Source: a virus (lineage: Duplodnaviria > Caudoviricetes). From it: a DNA stretch of 31,528 nucleotides. The stretch spans positions 1-31,528 of the IMG/VR virus record IMGVR_UViG_3300038673_000159; one strand, written 5' to 3'. Below are positions 1 to 8,024 of the stretch, piece after piece (the stretch's first letter is position 1; every line of letters starts with the position of its first letter). Below the pieces are notes generated by a model. It saw nothing but the letters and a program-made list of their open reading frames with translations. It had not been told where the DNA came from and ran no database searches. A program made the translations under genes and the position numbers.

Positions 1-384
1 TGTTTTTCTATCTATGTCAAATTTTTCCGCAATCATCGATTGCGTCATAGGTTTGTTTTCATTATCAGGATCAACAATTAGATTCCATTCCCAAAGCAAA
101 AATCTTTCAAATAAACATAAAAAAGAGATTTCGTTTTTTGAAATCCCATAAGCGGTTTTCGCATATTCAATTTCAGAAGGGAATTTCTTTACAAAATGCT
201 GACAGTGTTTCCATAGTTTTTTATCTTGATCCATTATTTTGAATTTGAACATATATCCAGAATATTTTTCAATTAAGTTATTATGAACAAATCCGGCTGT
301 TTCTTTTTTAATTTCTTCTTGTAAAAATTCATCATCTTTAATATAAAAAATGCTTTTCAGCACTTCCATAATAGATCGTTTCAT
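1..384 (-). CDS. RepL-like/HTH DNA-binding protein, runs off the window edge (not in ORF track)
   Basis: Hand translation from ATG at 384 (RBS GGAAGGAG) is open to position 1: MKRSIMEVLK...GISKNEISFLCLFERFLLWEWNLIVDPDNENKPMTQSMIAEKFDIDRKT. The final segment looks like an HTH and resembles the 29476-30060 protein. Confidence 0.6.
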   Translation of the reverse strand, partial: MKRSIMEVLKSIFYIKDDEFLQEEIKKETAGFVHNNLIEKYSGYMFKFKIMDQDKKLWKHCQHFVKKFPSEIEYAKTAYGISKNEISFLCLFERFLLWEWNLIVDPDNENKPMTQSMIAEKFDIDRKT

Positions 385-443
385 TATGGACTCCTTCCGT
401 ATATACTCAAAGCAACTAATCAATGTAACTAATCAAAGTAATT

Positions 444-665
444 TTATCTTTTCATCATTTCTTTTATTTCCTTAAATGAAGAAATGAACTTCTTTAATTG
501 AATGTTATTATTGTAAGCATCCAGTCCTTCTTGCAAATCTTGTGTTCTTTCATAAAAGAAATAAGTTTTGCCAGACGCACCAACTACTTCGGTTGGAGCA
601 ATCCCACGAGATAAAAGAAATGCCGCAATGTTCGTGCTTAGTGTGCTAAACATAGAAACCGCCAT
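444..665 (-). CDS. small hypothetical phage protein
   Basis: ORF track 444..695; RBS AAAGGAG points to the ATG at 665 (MAVSMFST...). Confidence 0.6.
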   Translation of the reverse strand: MAVSMFSTLSTNIAAFLLSRGIAPTEVVGASGKTYFFYERTQDLQEGLDAYNNNIQLKKFISSFKEIKEMMKR

Positions 666-686
666 AGTAATAACTCCTTTTCTTTC

Positions 687-709
687 TTTTCGCAAGATTC
701 TTGCGAAAA
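687..709. promoter_or_regulatory. perfect 11-bp inverted repeat (operator or terminator-like hairpin)
   Basis: TTTTCGCAAGA-T-TCTTGCGAAAA, intergenic. Confidence 0.45.
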
Positions 710-711
710 AA

Positions 712-1242
712 TTACCCTACAATCACCGATTCAAACCCAGCATCTCTTAACGCCTGATTTATCAACTGTACCGTTTCATCCTGTGCATACTCATAAGTAT
801 CTTCCAAGAAATATGCGCCTTCTCTTGGAAACACAGATTTACCCCCAACCGTTAGTGGGTTGTCTTGTCCCTCGTTCGCCCATCTCACGATCCACTCCCC
901 CAGTGACTTTCCGGCATAACTTGTACTCCCGTCCAAAGACATATGCGTGTTAAACTGATACGGCCCACGGTCATAAATATTTGAAGCAGGAGCGATTCTA
1001 TCAAAGTCAAAATAAATAACCGCACTATATTTGTTCGCATTTTCTTTTACGTGCCGAACCGAAATAGCGTCAATCATTTGCATTGTGCGTTCATACTGAC
1101 TTGGCGTATGATCATTGTACCAATTCTTCTGAACATAAAACCGCAATACTTCTTTGATTTCTTCTCCCGCTTTTTTGGTTGCTTCTTGTGCCGCCACCTG
1201 TAATGCTTTCATCAACGCAGACCAAGTTCTTATCTGTGCCAT
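712..1242 (-). CDS. putative tail-region/virion protein
   Basis: 176-aa ORF with GGAGG RBS; position in the tail module; VY..Y.P..Y.RT-like motif (WYNDHTPSQYERT). Confidence 0.45.
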   Translation of the reverse strand: MAQIRTWSALMKALQVAAQEATKKAGEEIKEVLRFYVQKNWYNDHTPSQYERTMQMIDAISVRHVKENANKYSAVIYFDFDRIAPASNIYDRGPYQFNTHMSLDGSTSYAGKSLGEWIVRWANEGQDNPLTVGGKSVFPREGAYFLEDTYEYAQDETVQLINQALRDAGFESVIVG

Positions 1243-1250
1243 ATCTCCTC

Positions 1251-1273
1251 CAAAGGGGAGAATGACCTCCCCT
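1251..1273 (-). terminator. possible intrinsic terminator
   Basis: Minus strand AAGGGGAG-GTCATT-CTCCCC-TTT directly after the 1273 stop; short T tract. Confidence 0.45.
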
Positions 1274-1821
1274 TACTTTGCGTTATCTATCACCTTTTTA
1301 ATAATCTCTTTATTCTCAGGACTCAACTTGTCCAATGCCTTCGGGAGTTGTTTCATCCATTTGTCAATCTGTTTGCTGTCAATATCTGGAATTTTAGCGA
1401 TAAGTTTCTCAATTCCGTCCTTCACAACGGCTTGCATCGAATTGGCGTTTTTGCAATATTCGGCCAAATAAATTTCAACATTGCACAACACGTCATTGAT
1501 TCCATCTCGTCTCAAAATGACGTTATCTGCGTCAGTGATAAGTTCATTCAATTCGTCAATCACATTCAGCATCAATTCAAGCGAAACATCGCCTTCTTCA
1601 TTAAGGATTGCGTCCAATTCAATTTCATAAAATGATTCCAAAGCGAAGATCAATTCGTACACATTCTTTAGCCGATAATTGACCATCTTGAATCCATCTT
1701 CTTCGGTCAAGCACCATTCAATTAACGTGTTGAAGTACGCAATTTTGTTAAGTTCCTTAATGATGGGCTGTGGAAATTTTCCGCCATTTTTCAATTCAAT
1801 CAATAGTTCTGAAAGTTTCAT
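1273..1821 (-). CDS. hypothetical acidic helical protein, possible tail assembly chaperone
   Basis: 182-aa ORF with AAAGGAG RBS; function inferred from position only. Confidence 0.45.
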   Translation of the reverse strand: MKLSELLIELKNGGKFPQPIIKELNKIAYFNTLIEWCLTEEDGFKMVNYRLKNVYELIFALESFYEIELDAILNEEGDVSLELMLNVIDELNELITDADNVILRRDGINDVLCNVEIYLAEYCKNANSMQAVVKDGIEKLIAKIPDIDSKQIDKWMKQLPKALDKLSPENKEIIKKVIDNAK

Positions 1822-1832
1822 TCTTTTCTCCT

Positions 1833-2030
1833 TTATCTGTCACACAACGCTACGTCAAAAATAGATTCTAAATACTGCTGAATAATTCCTGCGTCTTCTT
1901 TTCGGCCTTTAATTCGGATTTCAACTCCATCAATAATGATTGTCCGAACCTAATCAAGATCTGGAGGATAAAAAAATGTAATGTCGTCATTGTCAACCTT
2001 AATGCCGCTTTCATGAAGATTTTCGCCCAT
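1833..2030 (-). pseudogene. small 65-codon gene interrupted by an in-frame TAG at 1950-1952
   Basis: RBS GAAGGAG, ATG at 2030: MGENLHESGIKVDNDDITFFYPPDLD*VRTIIIDGVEIRIKGRKEDAGIIQQYLESIFDVALCDR*. The final TAA abuts the RBS of the next gene. Confidence 0.55.
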
Positions 2031-2043
2031 TCTATTCTCCTTC

Positions 2044-2745
2044 TTATTCTAATTTTAACAATCTGCGCATTATTACCATAATGTTTTCTTTTGTTGCCAC
2101 AATTTCGCCCTTGAACACTTTTGTCCAGTAATTAGGGTCTAATGAAACGGCAGTTTTATTGTCTGCACGTTTTGCATTAATAAGACCATTGACTGTTTCT
2201 TGGATCTTCATTGCTTGCGAGTCAATTCCCATATGTTTTTGAACTTCTTTTTTGAACCGTTCAAAATCTTCTGGATGATCAACCCAATATGCCGGACATC
2301 TTTTTTTGTTTGACTTTGGTATATCATAATGCCGTAATATCCCTTTAATTGGATCTATATTGTATCTTTTGCAAATATCTGCGCATAATTCAACAAGCGA
2401 CTTTTCTGTTTCTGGAAGAAATTTACCAGTCCAATCGGGATGACAGTTTTCAATCCCAATAGATGAAGTATTTACAACCCCATCACTTGCATGAATTGCT
2501 TCTTCGTTTTCTGGGATACATCGAATAATTTCCCCTTTAAGTCCAATTATATATTGACTCGATGCATATCTATAATTACCATTCGCCATTTTTTGTCCAA
2601 TTTTCAATCCTTCAAAGTAATTTCGATTCCCAAGTGCAGAAGAACCGGGATTGCCAACGTAATGCACGATGATTTGCGTCGGCTTATTCGGCTTCTGTCT
2701 TCTTGAATACGGATTCGGCGTTAACAATCTTTCCTGTATCTCCAT
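2044..2745 (-). CDS. N-acetylmuramoyl-L-alanine amidase (Amidase_2), endolysin
   Basis: IIVHYVGNP, SSQYIIG, AIHA, SIGIE, ILRHYD and KRCP zinc-amidase motifs; C-terminal ~60-aa extension. Confidence 0.9.
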   Translation of the reverse strand: MEIQERLLTPNPYSRRQKPNKPTQIIVHYVGNPGSSALGNRNYFEGLKIGQKMANGNYRYASSQYIIGLKGEIIRCIPENEEAIHASDGVVNTSSIGIENCHPDWTGKFLPETEKSLVELCADICKRYNIDPIKGILRHYDIPKSNKKRCPAYWVDHPEDFERFKKEVQKHMGIDSQAMKIQETVNGLINAKRADNKTAVSLDPNYWTKVFKGEIVATKENIMVIMRRLLKLE

Positions 2746-2863
2746 TGACTTCCTCCATTTCTTCCTTAGTCATTCTTTCAAAAGAAAAACAATCAAGGCA
2801 CACTTTCATGAATCCGCCGATTATGTCAAACAACGCACCTCCACAATACCTGCATATTTTCAT
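2684..2863 (-). CDS. small zinc-ribbon protein
   Basis: RBS GAAGGTGAGG before ATG 2863; MKICRYCGG...VCLDC (two CxxC); overlaps the amidase start. Confidence 0.5.
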   Translation of the reverse strand: MKICRYCGGALFDIIGGFMKVCLDCFSFERMTKEEMEEVNGDTGKIVNAESVFKKTEAE

Positions 2864-2888
2864 ATCCTCACCTTCTTCTCTTATTATA

Positions 2889-3407
2889 TCACGTATCGCA
2901 ACAATTGTCAATAGCAAATTGTCCCAAGCATATTGATTCACACACATCTTCATCTTTTCTTGTAAAGTTTTTATTGAATTTTTTATTTACATATGCAATC
3001 GCATATTCTTTTTCTTCATTACGACTTACGTTTTTCCCAGTAGGTATTCCAAGTCCTGCTCTCCATTCAGAAGGCATTACAAGTTTATATCTGATTCCCA
3101 TAGACATACAAAGTTCCATTAAAAATCCTTGCAATCTACAAAGCCATTTTAACACTATTACATTATTTGTTTGCCCAAGATATGAGTCCTCAATGTATAT
3201 AATATCGGGGTTTTCGGCTTGTATAATTTTTTTAATCGAATGATAAATAGAAAAAATACGATCCGCAGTTTCCATTCCATTTTTGCGTTCGCTTGGAGAA
3301 TACCGGCGTTCTACACCATAATTTACCATATTGTTTTTGATACGATCCCCCACAAAAATAGAATATGCAGTCGCTTTTGTTGAAGGATCTATTCCCATTG
3401 CTTTCAT
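2889..3407 (-). CDS. RuvC-like Holliday junction resolvase
   Basis: MGIDPSTKATAY (RuvC-I), IYIED (RuvC-II), PSEWR, DEDVCESICLG (RuvC-III). Confidence 0.85.
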   Translation of the reverse strand: MKAMGIDPSTKATAYSIFVGDRIKNNMVNYGVERRYSPSERKNGMETADRIFSIYHSIKKIIQAENPDIIYIEDSYLGQTNNVIVLKWLCRLQGFLMELCMSMGIRYKLVMPSEWRAGLGIPTGKNVSRNEEKEYAIAYVNKKFNKNFTRKDEDVCESICLGQFAIDNCCDT

Positions 3408-3621
3408 AATTTCTCCTAAAGAATTATTGTGCAGACACGCACGAAGAATGTCCCGAAAAGTCTATATTATTCAGGACAAAGGGGAGACAAGACGCCTCCC
3501 CGATAAAATGTTCATTTTAATAGATTTTTCTTCCATATACTGTAAATATGTCCGTGACTGACGGACACTTAGAACAAATATGTCCACGCATCATGGACTC
3601 ACGCACGATAAAATGTATGTT

Positions 3622-4203
3622 TCATTGAGGGGGTAATTTTTCGATAATTTGTGACCCTAATTCGATTATTTTAACAAGCAAAGCAATCAATCCGCCCCCG
3701 CCGACAACAGAAGCGCCAACTACAACAGGAGTTTTCCATTTTTTTGTTTGATCCCTTGCTATTTCTTTGTCAACGTCGCGTAAGTCAATTTTGTGCTTCG
3801 CTTCATTTTCTTCAATTCTTGTTTTTAGTTCCGGGATGACTGCTGTCTTGACTTGTAATTCCCCAATGTTTCCATCGGCCTTTTCCGTTCGCTTAAAAAG
3901 TTCTTTGATTGATTTCTCCATTGTGCCAATTGAACTGTTTAATGACCCAAGCGTATTATTTAGTTTTTCGTTTGTCTCATTTTGCTTTTGTTGCATATCA
4001 ACAAACTGTTCAAGTAATACATTATTTTCAATTATGTCATGTTCATTGTCCCGCATACGAGCGTCCGCAATATCGCAATGATGTTTTAATTCATCATGCA
4101 ATTCTTTTATTCGGCCACTGATACGGTCTTCTAAAGCCTTGATCATTTCGGCTGGCGTTTCACTCATTTTTACTACCTCACTATCGACAACACTCCTTTT
4201 CAA
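3622..4203 (-). CDS. coiled-coil protein with C-terminal hydrophobic segment (holin-like or lysis accessory candidate)
   Basis: Heptad-rich body, then VVVGASVVGGGGLIALLVKII; upstream of the endolysin. Confidence 0.5.
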   Translation of the reverse strand: MKRSVVDSEVVKMSETPAEMIKALEDRISGRIKELHDELKHHCDIADARMRDNEHDIIENNVLLEQFVDMQQKQNETNEKLNNTLGSLNSSIGTMEKSIKELFKRTEKADGNIGELQVKTAVIPELKTRIEENEAKHKIDLRDVDKEIARDQTKKWKTPVVVGASVVGGGGLIALLVKIIELGSQIIEKLPPQ

Positions 4204-4217
4204 TAAACTTCTTTTCT

Positions 4218-4334
4218 TTATTTTAAGATTTCGTCTTTTTGTTCGGCAGTAATCCAGCCCTTTTCAAATGCGGCAATAATCTTTTCCGTAGTAATTTTAC
4301 CTCGTTCAAACATGCTTTTCAAAATTTCAAACAT
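4218..4334 (-). CDS. XkdX-like small phage protein (38 aa, not in ORF track)
   Basis: RBS GGAGGTG; MFEILKSMFERGKITTEKIIAAFEKGWITAEQKDEILK, with the GWIT.E...I motif typical of XkdX. Confidence 0.7.
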   Translation of the reverse strand: MFEILKSMFERGKITTEKIIAAFEKGWITAEQKDEILK

Positions 4335-4335
4335 G

Positions 4336-4584
4336 TTACACCTCCAAATCAGACATAATCAAAACTTCCAGAGCATCTTTCATTGATAGATTTTCTTTTG
4401 CCATCAATTCAATATATTCGTCCTTATCATATTGGATTTCGTCATAAACCCAAACAAGACGCGTTTTGTGCGTGTCTTTGGTTTCTTCCTGCCGAATGTT
4501 GGTATGCACATATACGGTGTCTTTGCCTACAATAAGAGGAACCGCCTGTTCTGGCGATCCCTGAACATTATATAAAATTGTCAT
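4336..4584 (-). CDS. small fibre-associated protein (XkdW-like position), translationally coupled to RT
   Basis: 82 aa; ATGA overlap with the RT stop; C-terminal helical segment; followed by an XkdX-like gene. Confidence 0.55.
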   Translation of the reverse strand: MTILYNVQGSPEQAVPLIVGKDTVYVHTNIRQEETKDTHKTRLVWVYDEIQYDKDEYIELMAKENLSMKDALEVLIMSDLEV

Positions 4585-5597
4585 TTCATCTCTCCAATCT
4601 CTATCTGATATTTTTCTTTTAACCTATATGAGTCACACCAATCCAACCATCCTTTATATGAACTTATTGAATGTAAGTCAGACTTAGACAACTTGCGATT
4701 TTTTGATTTCTTCTTTTTAATGTCTAACATTTTACGTTTGTATCTTTTTGCTGTCGTTTTCCGCAACAATTTATATCCGTAAAAGTGACGATATCCGACA
4801 AAATCAACGCCACGGACGTCGGTTGGAAAGACTTGCCAATTATCTTTGATTTTTAGTTTAAGATTTGCTTCTAAATAGTCATCCATTTTGCGCTTCAAAT
4901 CATGCAAAAATTGTTTGTCATGATACAATACAACAACATCATCCATATATCGAACCACATATTTACAACTGCATTCTTCTTTTAACCAATGATCAAACCA
5001 TGCAAGATAATAATTCGCAAAATATTGCGACAAATATGATCCAATTGGTATCCCAATATCGCCATCAACGCTATCAATAATAGAATCAAATAACCACAAT
5101 AAATCTTTGTCTTTGAATTTTTTACGCAATAATTGTTTCAAAATTCCATGATTTATGTTCGGATAAAACTTTTTAACGTCAATTTTCAAACAATATTTTG
5201 TTTCGTCTTTATTTAGCATATAATTATCCAGCAATTTGCTCGCGTAATGAATGCCTCTATTTTTCAACGACGCACAAGTAAAATTTGTTAAAACAGATAA
5301 AAATACATGTTCTGTTTGTAGCAAAATAGCCCATTGAATAATTCTATCGGGGAAGTAGGGAAGTTTACATAATTCTCGCTCTTTGCCTTTATCAATTATT
5401 TTTTGATAGTTATATTTTGATACACGATATTCTTTGCAAAGTAAAAGTTGCTGAACCACCCATAGATATTCGTTCAAACTTGCATTTACTCTTTTTACGG
5501 CAGAATAATGAGATTTATCTCTCTTTGCTTTTTCTTGGGCCATTTTTATATTGTCATATTCACATATTTTTTGATATAAGTTCCCATATCTTTTCAT
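4581..5597 (-). CDS. DGR reverse transcriptase
   Basis: KGKER, PYFPDRIIQWA, LKIDVKKFY, GIPIGSYLSQ (DGR GxxxSQ), RYMDD, GVDFVGY; 338 aa; lies next to a TR/VR pair. Confidence 0.97.
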   Translation of the reverse strand: MKRYGNLYQKICEYDNIKMAQEKAKRDKSHYSAVKRVNASLNEYLWVVQQLLLCKEYRVSKYNYQKIIDKGKERELCKLPYFPDRIIQWAILLQTEHVFLSVLTNFTCASLKNRGIHYASKLLDNYMLNKDETKYCLKIDVKKFYPNINHGILKQLLRKKFKDKDLLWLFDSIIDSVDGDIGIPIGSYLSQYFANYYLAWFDHWLKEECSCKYVVRYMDDVVVLYHDKQFLHDLKRKMDDYLEANLKLKIKDNWQVFPTDVRGVDFVGYRHFYGYKLLRKTTAKRYKRKMLDIKKKKSKNRKLSKSDLHSISSYKGWLDWCDSYRLKEKYQIEIGEMK

Positions 5598-5715
5598 ATT
5601 CTCTCCATTAGATGTTTAAGGGTTCCCGAATTTTCACTTTCGCTACCAATACAGGATAGGTGATTTTTATGTTTTGGCAAGAGCCATGGCAACAAACATT
5701 ATATAAAATTGAATC
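5598..5715 (-). ncRNA. DGR spacer, 3' part of the TR RNA
   Basis: 118-bp stretch between TR and RT containing CCATGGCTCTTGCCAAAA and TTGGTAG..GAA, which resemble DGR spacer motifs as I recall them. Confidence 0.6.
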
Positions 5716-5853
5716 ATAAACATTAAGTGACTGCCGATATACGAATTCGTGTCAGTGGCGGAATTATTCAGATTGAGTTGAAACCCTCCTGCATTAGAAG
5801 TGTCAGTCCAATTACCGCTGAAATTAGGTAAGTTAGAAGCATTCAGATTCGCA
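5716..5853 (-). repeat. DGR template repeat (TR), 138 bp
   Basis: Gapless alignment with 5897-6034. 29 mismatches, 28 at TR adenines on the coding strand; 10 in-frame Asn codons (9 AAT, 1 AAC). Confidence 0.97.
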
Positions 5854-5864
5854 AAAACAAACAG

Positions 5865-5889
5865 CCCTATATTTGTTGCCAATATATGG
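5865..5889 (-). promoter_or_regulatory. imperfect hairpin just after VR/stop (candidate DGR target-recognition hairpin)
   Basis: Minus strand CC-A-TATA-TTG-GCAA-CAA-A-TATA-GG, GCAA loop, starting 4 nt after the target stop codon. Confidence 0.55.
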
Positions 5890-5892
5890 TAA

Positions 5893-7407
5893 TTATAGAA
5901 ACATCAAGCGACCGCCGATACACGAATACGCGTCAGCGGCGGAATAAGCCAGATAGAACCGAAACCCCCCCGCACTAGAAGCGCCAGCCCAATCACCGCC
6001 GAAATTAGGCAAGCTAGAAGCAGCCAGAAACGCATGGTCACTATAATAAGTTGAATTAGATCCCGCAACCGTTTTCGCAATAAATCCAGTTGCAGAAGTT
6101 CCTTGACAGACAGACATATAGTTTCCGATGTTAGAAGTTGCTCCTTGTCCTCTGTCCGCATATCCAGATCCCGTATCGTTAAACGCCGTAAACGCAGTCA
6201 GAATATTTCTCGTTGCGTTTGAAAACAGCCCGTCAATCCAATAATATAAAATCCCCCAGAAGTCTTCAATCCCGGCAAACTTCATTTGCTGTTCCCCAGT
6301 TGCTTCACCATAGTACATCCCACGAGTATTCGCACCACCAGTATTTGTCGCGGCTGAATTTCCATCAACAAAGCCTCGTCCGAGCGCAGTTTGTGAATCT
6401 CTGTTTTTATAACGAATCAAGTATAAGCATTGCAAAAGCGTTAAAGGATAAAAAGCCATTTGATCGTATCCGGTTCCATTTGCCTGCGCTCTTGTGCGGA
6501 ATTCACCGATGGTTTGTTTTGCAGTTGGTGCTTTACCACTTAACGAACGCAGTTTTGAAGAGCCATCCGTCCATCCTAAATATGCGCCAACGTACAGCTT
6601 GTCTCTATCCCCGGCTGTTGAACGAGTGTGTGCGTGGAAACACCAATCTTCATTTGTTCCGTTTGTAGGAGAAGGATTGTTTGTGACTTTGACATACAAG
6701 TAGTCTCCAACAGTTTTCATGCTGTATGCCATTTTTGGAATTTCAATCATGACATCGCCATCAGCTCCGGTTGTAATATCCGATGCGGTACCGTCTACCT
6801 TTTTAGTGTAGTCCGCTGGGTTAAGATAATACTGAACAACGCCCTCTTTCAGCATACAAGGGCGGATTGTATTAAACGGAAATCTGCTATCCCAATCTGT
6901 CGATCCGCCTGTAAAGCCAGTCGCGTCATCCGTATAAATTACGCCCGTTTCTGGGTTGCTATTTGTATTATCAATTCGAACACCATAAACTACATATGCA
7001 GGAGGTTCAGCCGGAGTTGCAGAAACACGGTTTGCCACATCTTCGTTATATTTATTTGCAGTTGAATATGGGAATGCTTGATAATAGTAAACAGTTCCAT
7101 TTGTAAGTCCACTGTCAACAATTCCGGTTGAAGCGTATTGATTTCTAACGGTATTATCAACAACAAGAACACCATCCGTATGCGATGCAGGATATGAACC
7201 AGCCTTACGTAATACTTTTGTTCCCGACCATTCCATAAGGGGGAACCCATCAACGACAACATCATCAGGGTCTGTCCATGTGAGTGTTACTTGTTCATCC
7301 CCTGCGGTTGCTACCAATGAACCAACATCGCCGGGAGCATATCCGGGAGTCGTTGATTGCCCTAATGCTTCTAAAGCAAGTCCTCTTGCTACAATATCTA
7401 CTGCCAT
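5893..7407 (-). CDS. DGR target: putative receptor-binding/fibre protein with N-terminal FN3-like and C-terminal C-type-lectin-fold domains
   Basis: ATAGDEQVTLTW...GLTNGTVYYYQAFPY (FN3 signature); YVGAY, GIEDFWG, GGDW, GGF, IGGRL (Mtd/FGE-type CLec motifs); carries VR. Confidence 0.88.
   Translation of the reverse strand: MAVDIVARGLALEALGQSTTPGYAPGDVGSLVATAGDEQVTLTWTDPDDVVVDGFPLMEWSGTKVLRKAGSYPASHTDGVLVVDNTVRNQYASTGIVDSGLTNGTVYYYQAFPYSTANKYNEDVANRVSATPAEPPAYVVYGVRIDNTNSNPETGVIYTDDATGFTGGSTDWDSRFPFNTIRPCMLKEGVVQYYLNPADYTKKVDGTASDITTGADGDVMIEIPKMAYSMKTVGDYLYVKVTNNPSPTNGTNEDWCFHAHTRSTAGDRDKLYVGAYLGWTDGSSKLRSLSGKAPTAKQTIGEFRTRAQANGTGYDQMAFYPLTLLQCLYLIRYKNRDSQTALGRGFVDGNSAATNTGGANTRGMYYGEATGEQQMKFAGIEDFWGILYYWIDGLFSNATRNILTAFTAFNDTGSGYADRGQGATSNIGNYMSVCQGTSATGFIAKTVAGSNSTYYSDHAFLAASSLPNFGGDWAGASSAGGFRFYLAYSAADAYSCIGGRLMFL
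5897..6034 (-). repeat. DGR variable repeat (VR)
   Basis: Encodes the last ~46 residues of the target (AFLAASSLPNFGGDW...CIGGRLMFL); differs from TR almost only at adenines. Confidence 0.97.
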
Positions 7408-7408
7408 A

Positions 7409-7744
7409 TTATTCTACCACCTTCCCAGAAGCAGAAATGTTGCCGCCAGAAACCGCTGAAAGATTAAGCCGAATCTTGTCTTTCGCCGTTCCATCAATCG
7501 TAATAAGTTTTCCTGTTGCTTCCGTAATAGATGAAATCAATGTTTTATTAGTCTCATCCCATCCCCAAATTGCAACATAGTCACCGAGCAATCCTTTTGC
7601 CTCCAATGCGATTGTGTACGCCGTTGCAGTTCCGCTTACCGAAATTGCAATCGTGGTAGAACCTGTTCTGTTTTCAACCCTGAACTCATTCCCAGTTGTT
7701 GCGGCGGTTTCTTCATTAAGAAATCTCCATTCGTAAGATACCAT
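7409..7744 (-). CDS. small beta-rich protein, probably virion/fibre associated
   Basis: 111 aa, Thr/Ala/Gly-rich, AAAGGAG RBS, ends 1 bp before the DGR target. Confidence 0.6.
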   Translation of the reverse strand: MVSYEWRFLNEETAATTGNEFRVENRTGSTTIAISVSGTATAYTIALEAKGLLGDYVAIWGWDETNKTLISSITEATGKLITIDGTAKDKIRLNLSAVSGGNISASGKVVE

Positions 7745-7773
7745 AAAAGTCTCCTTTCTAAAGTCTAAAGTCT

Positions 7774-7806
7774 AAAAAAATAAGACTTGCCACGTCAGCA
7801 AGCCTT
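7774..7806 (-). terminator. intrinsic terminator
   Basis: AAGGCTTGC-TGACGTG-GCAAGTCTT followed by ATTTTTTT. Confidence 0.6.
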
Positions 7807-7950
7807 TTCTTTTTTGTGTCCCTTTTTTCTGTCTTTTACTTTATCATATCCATAGGCTCCACAATCTTCGCAGAACCAATAATATCCAAGTCTTGACACG
7901 TTAATATCTGGGTATGTTTTGTTCAAATGCTTACATCCACCTTGTTTCAT
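7795..7950 (-). CDS. small Cys/His, basic protein (51 aa, not in ORF track)
   Basis: MKQGGCKHLNKTYPDINVSRLGYYWFCEDCGAYGYDKVKDRKKGHKKEKAC; RBS AAAGGAAG; TGcTATAAT extended -10 upstream at ~7974-7982. Confidence 0.55.
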   Translation of the reverse strand: MKQGGCKHLNKTYPDINVSRLGYYWFCEDCGAYGYDKVKDRKKGHKKEKAC

Positions 7951-8024
7951 TGTACTTCCTTTTTCAAAATCATATTATAGCATTTTAATGGCTTCTCAAA
8001 ATAATCAGAACTAATACAATCTTC

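Noticed and set aside
1950-1952. Genome-wide TAG recoding
   Set aside because: TAG ends terL, PhoH, one GT and the 23014 gene at sensible boundaries, and long genes are not fragmented.
2889-3407. RuvC ORF as the missing TnpB partner of the omegaRNAs
   Set aside because: 172 aa with only the resolvase core; lacks the wedge/REC region and zinc finger of TnpB.
4581-5597. RT as group II intron, retron or Abi RT
   Set aside because: The GxxxSQ motif, short length without maturase domain and adjacent adenine-specific TR/VR identify it as a DGR RT.
5667-5882. 71-aa Asn-rich ORF
   Set aside because: It is the in-frame translation of the DGR template repeat and has no RBS.
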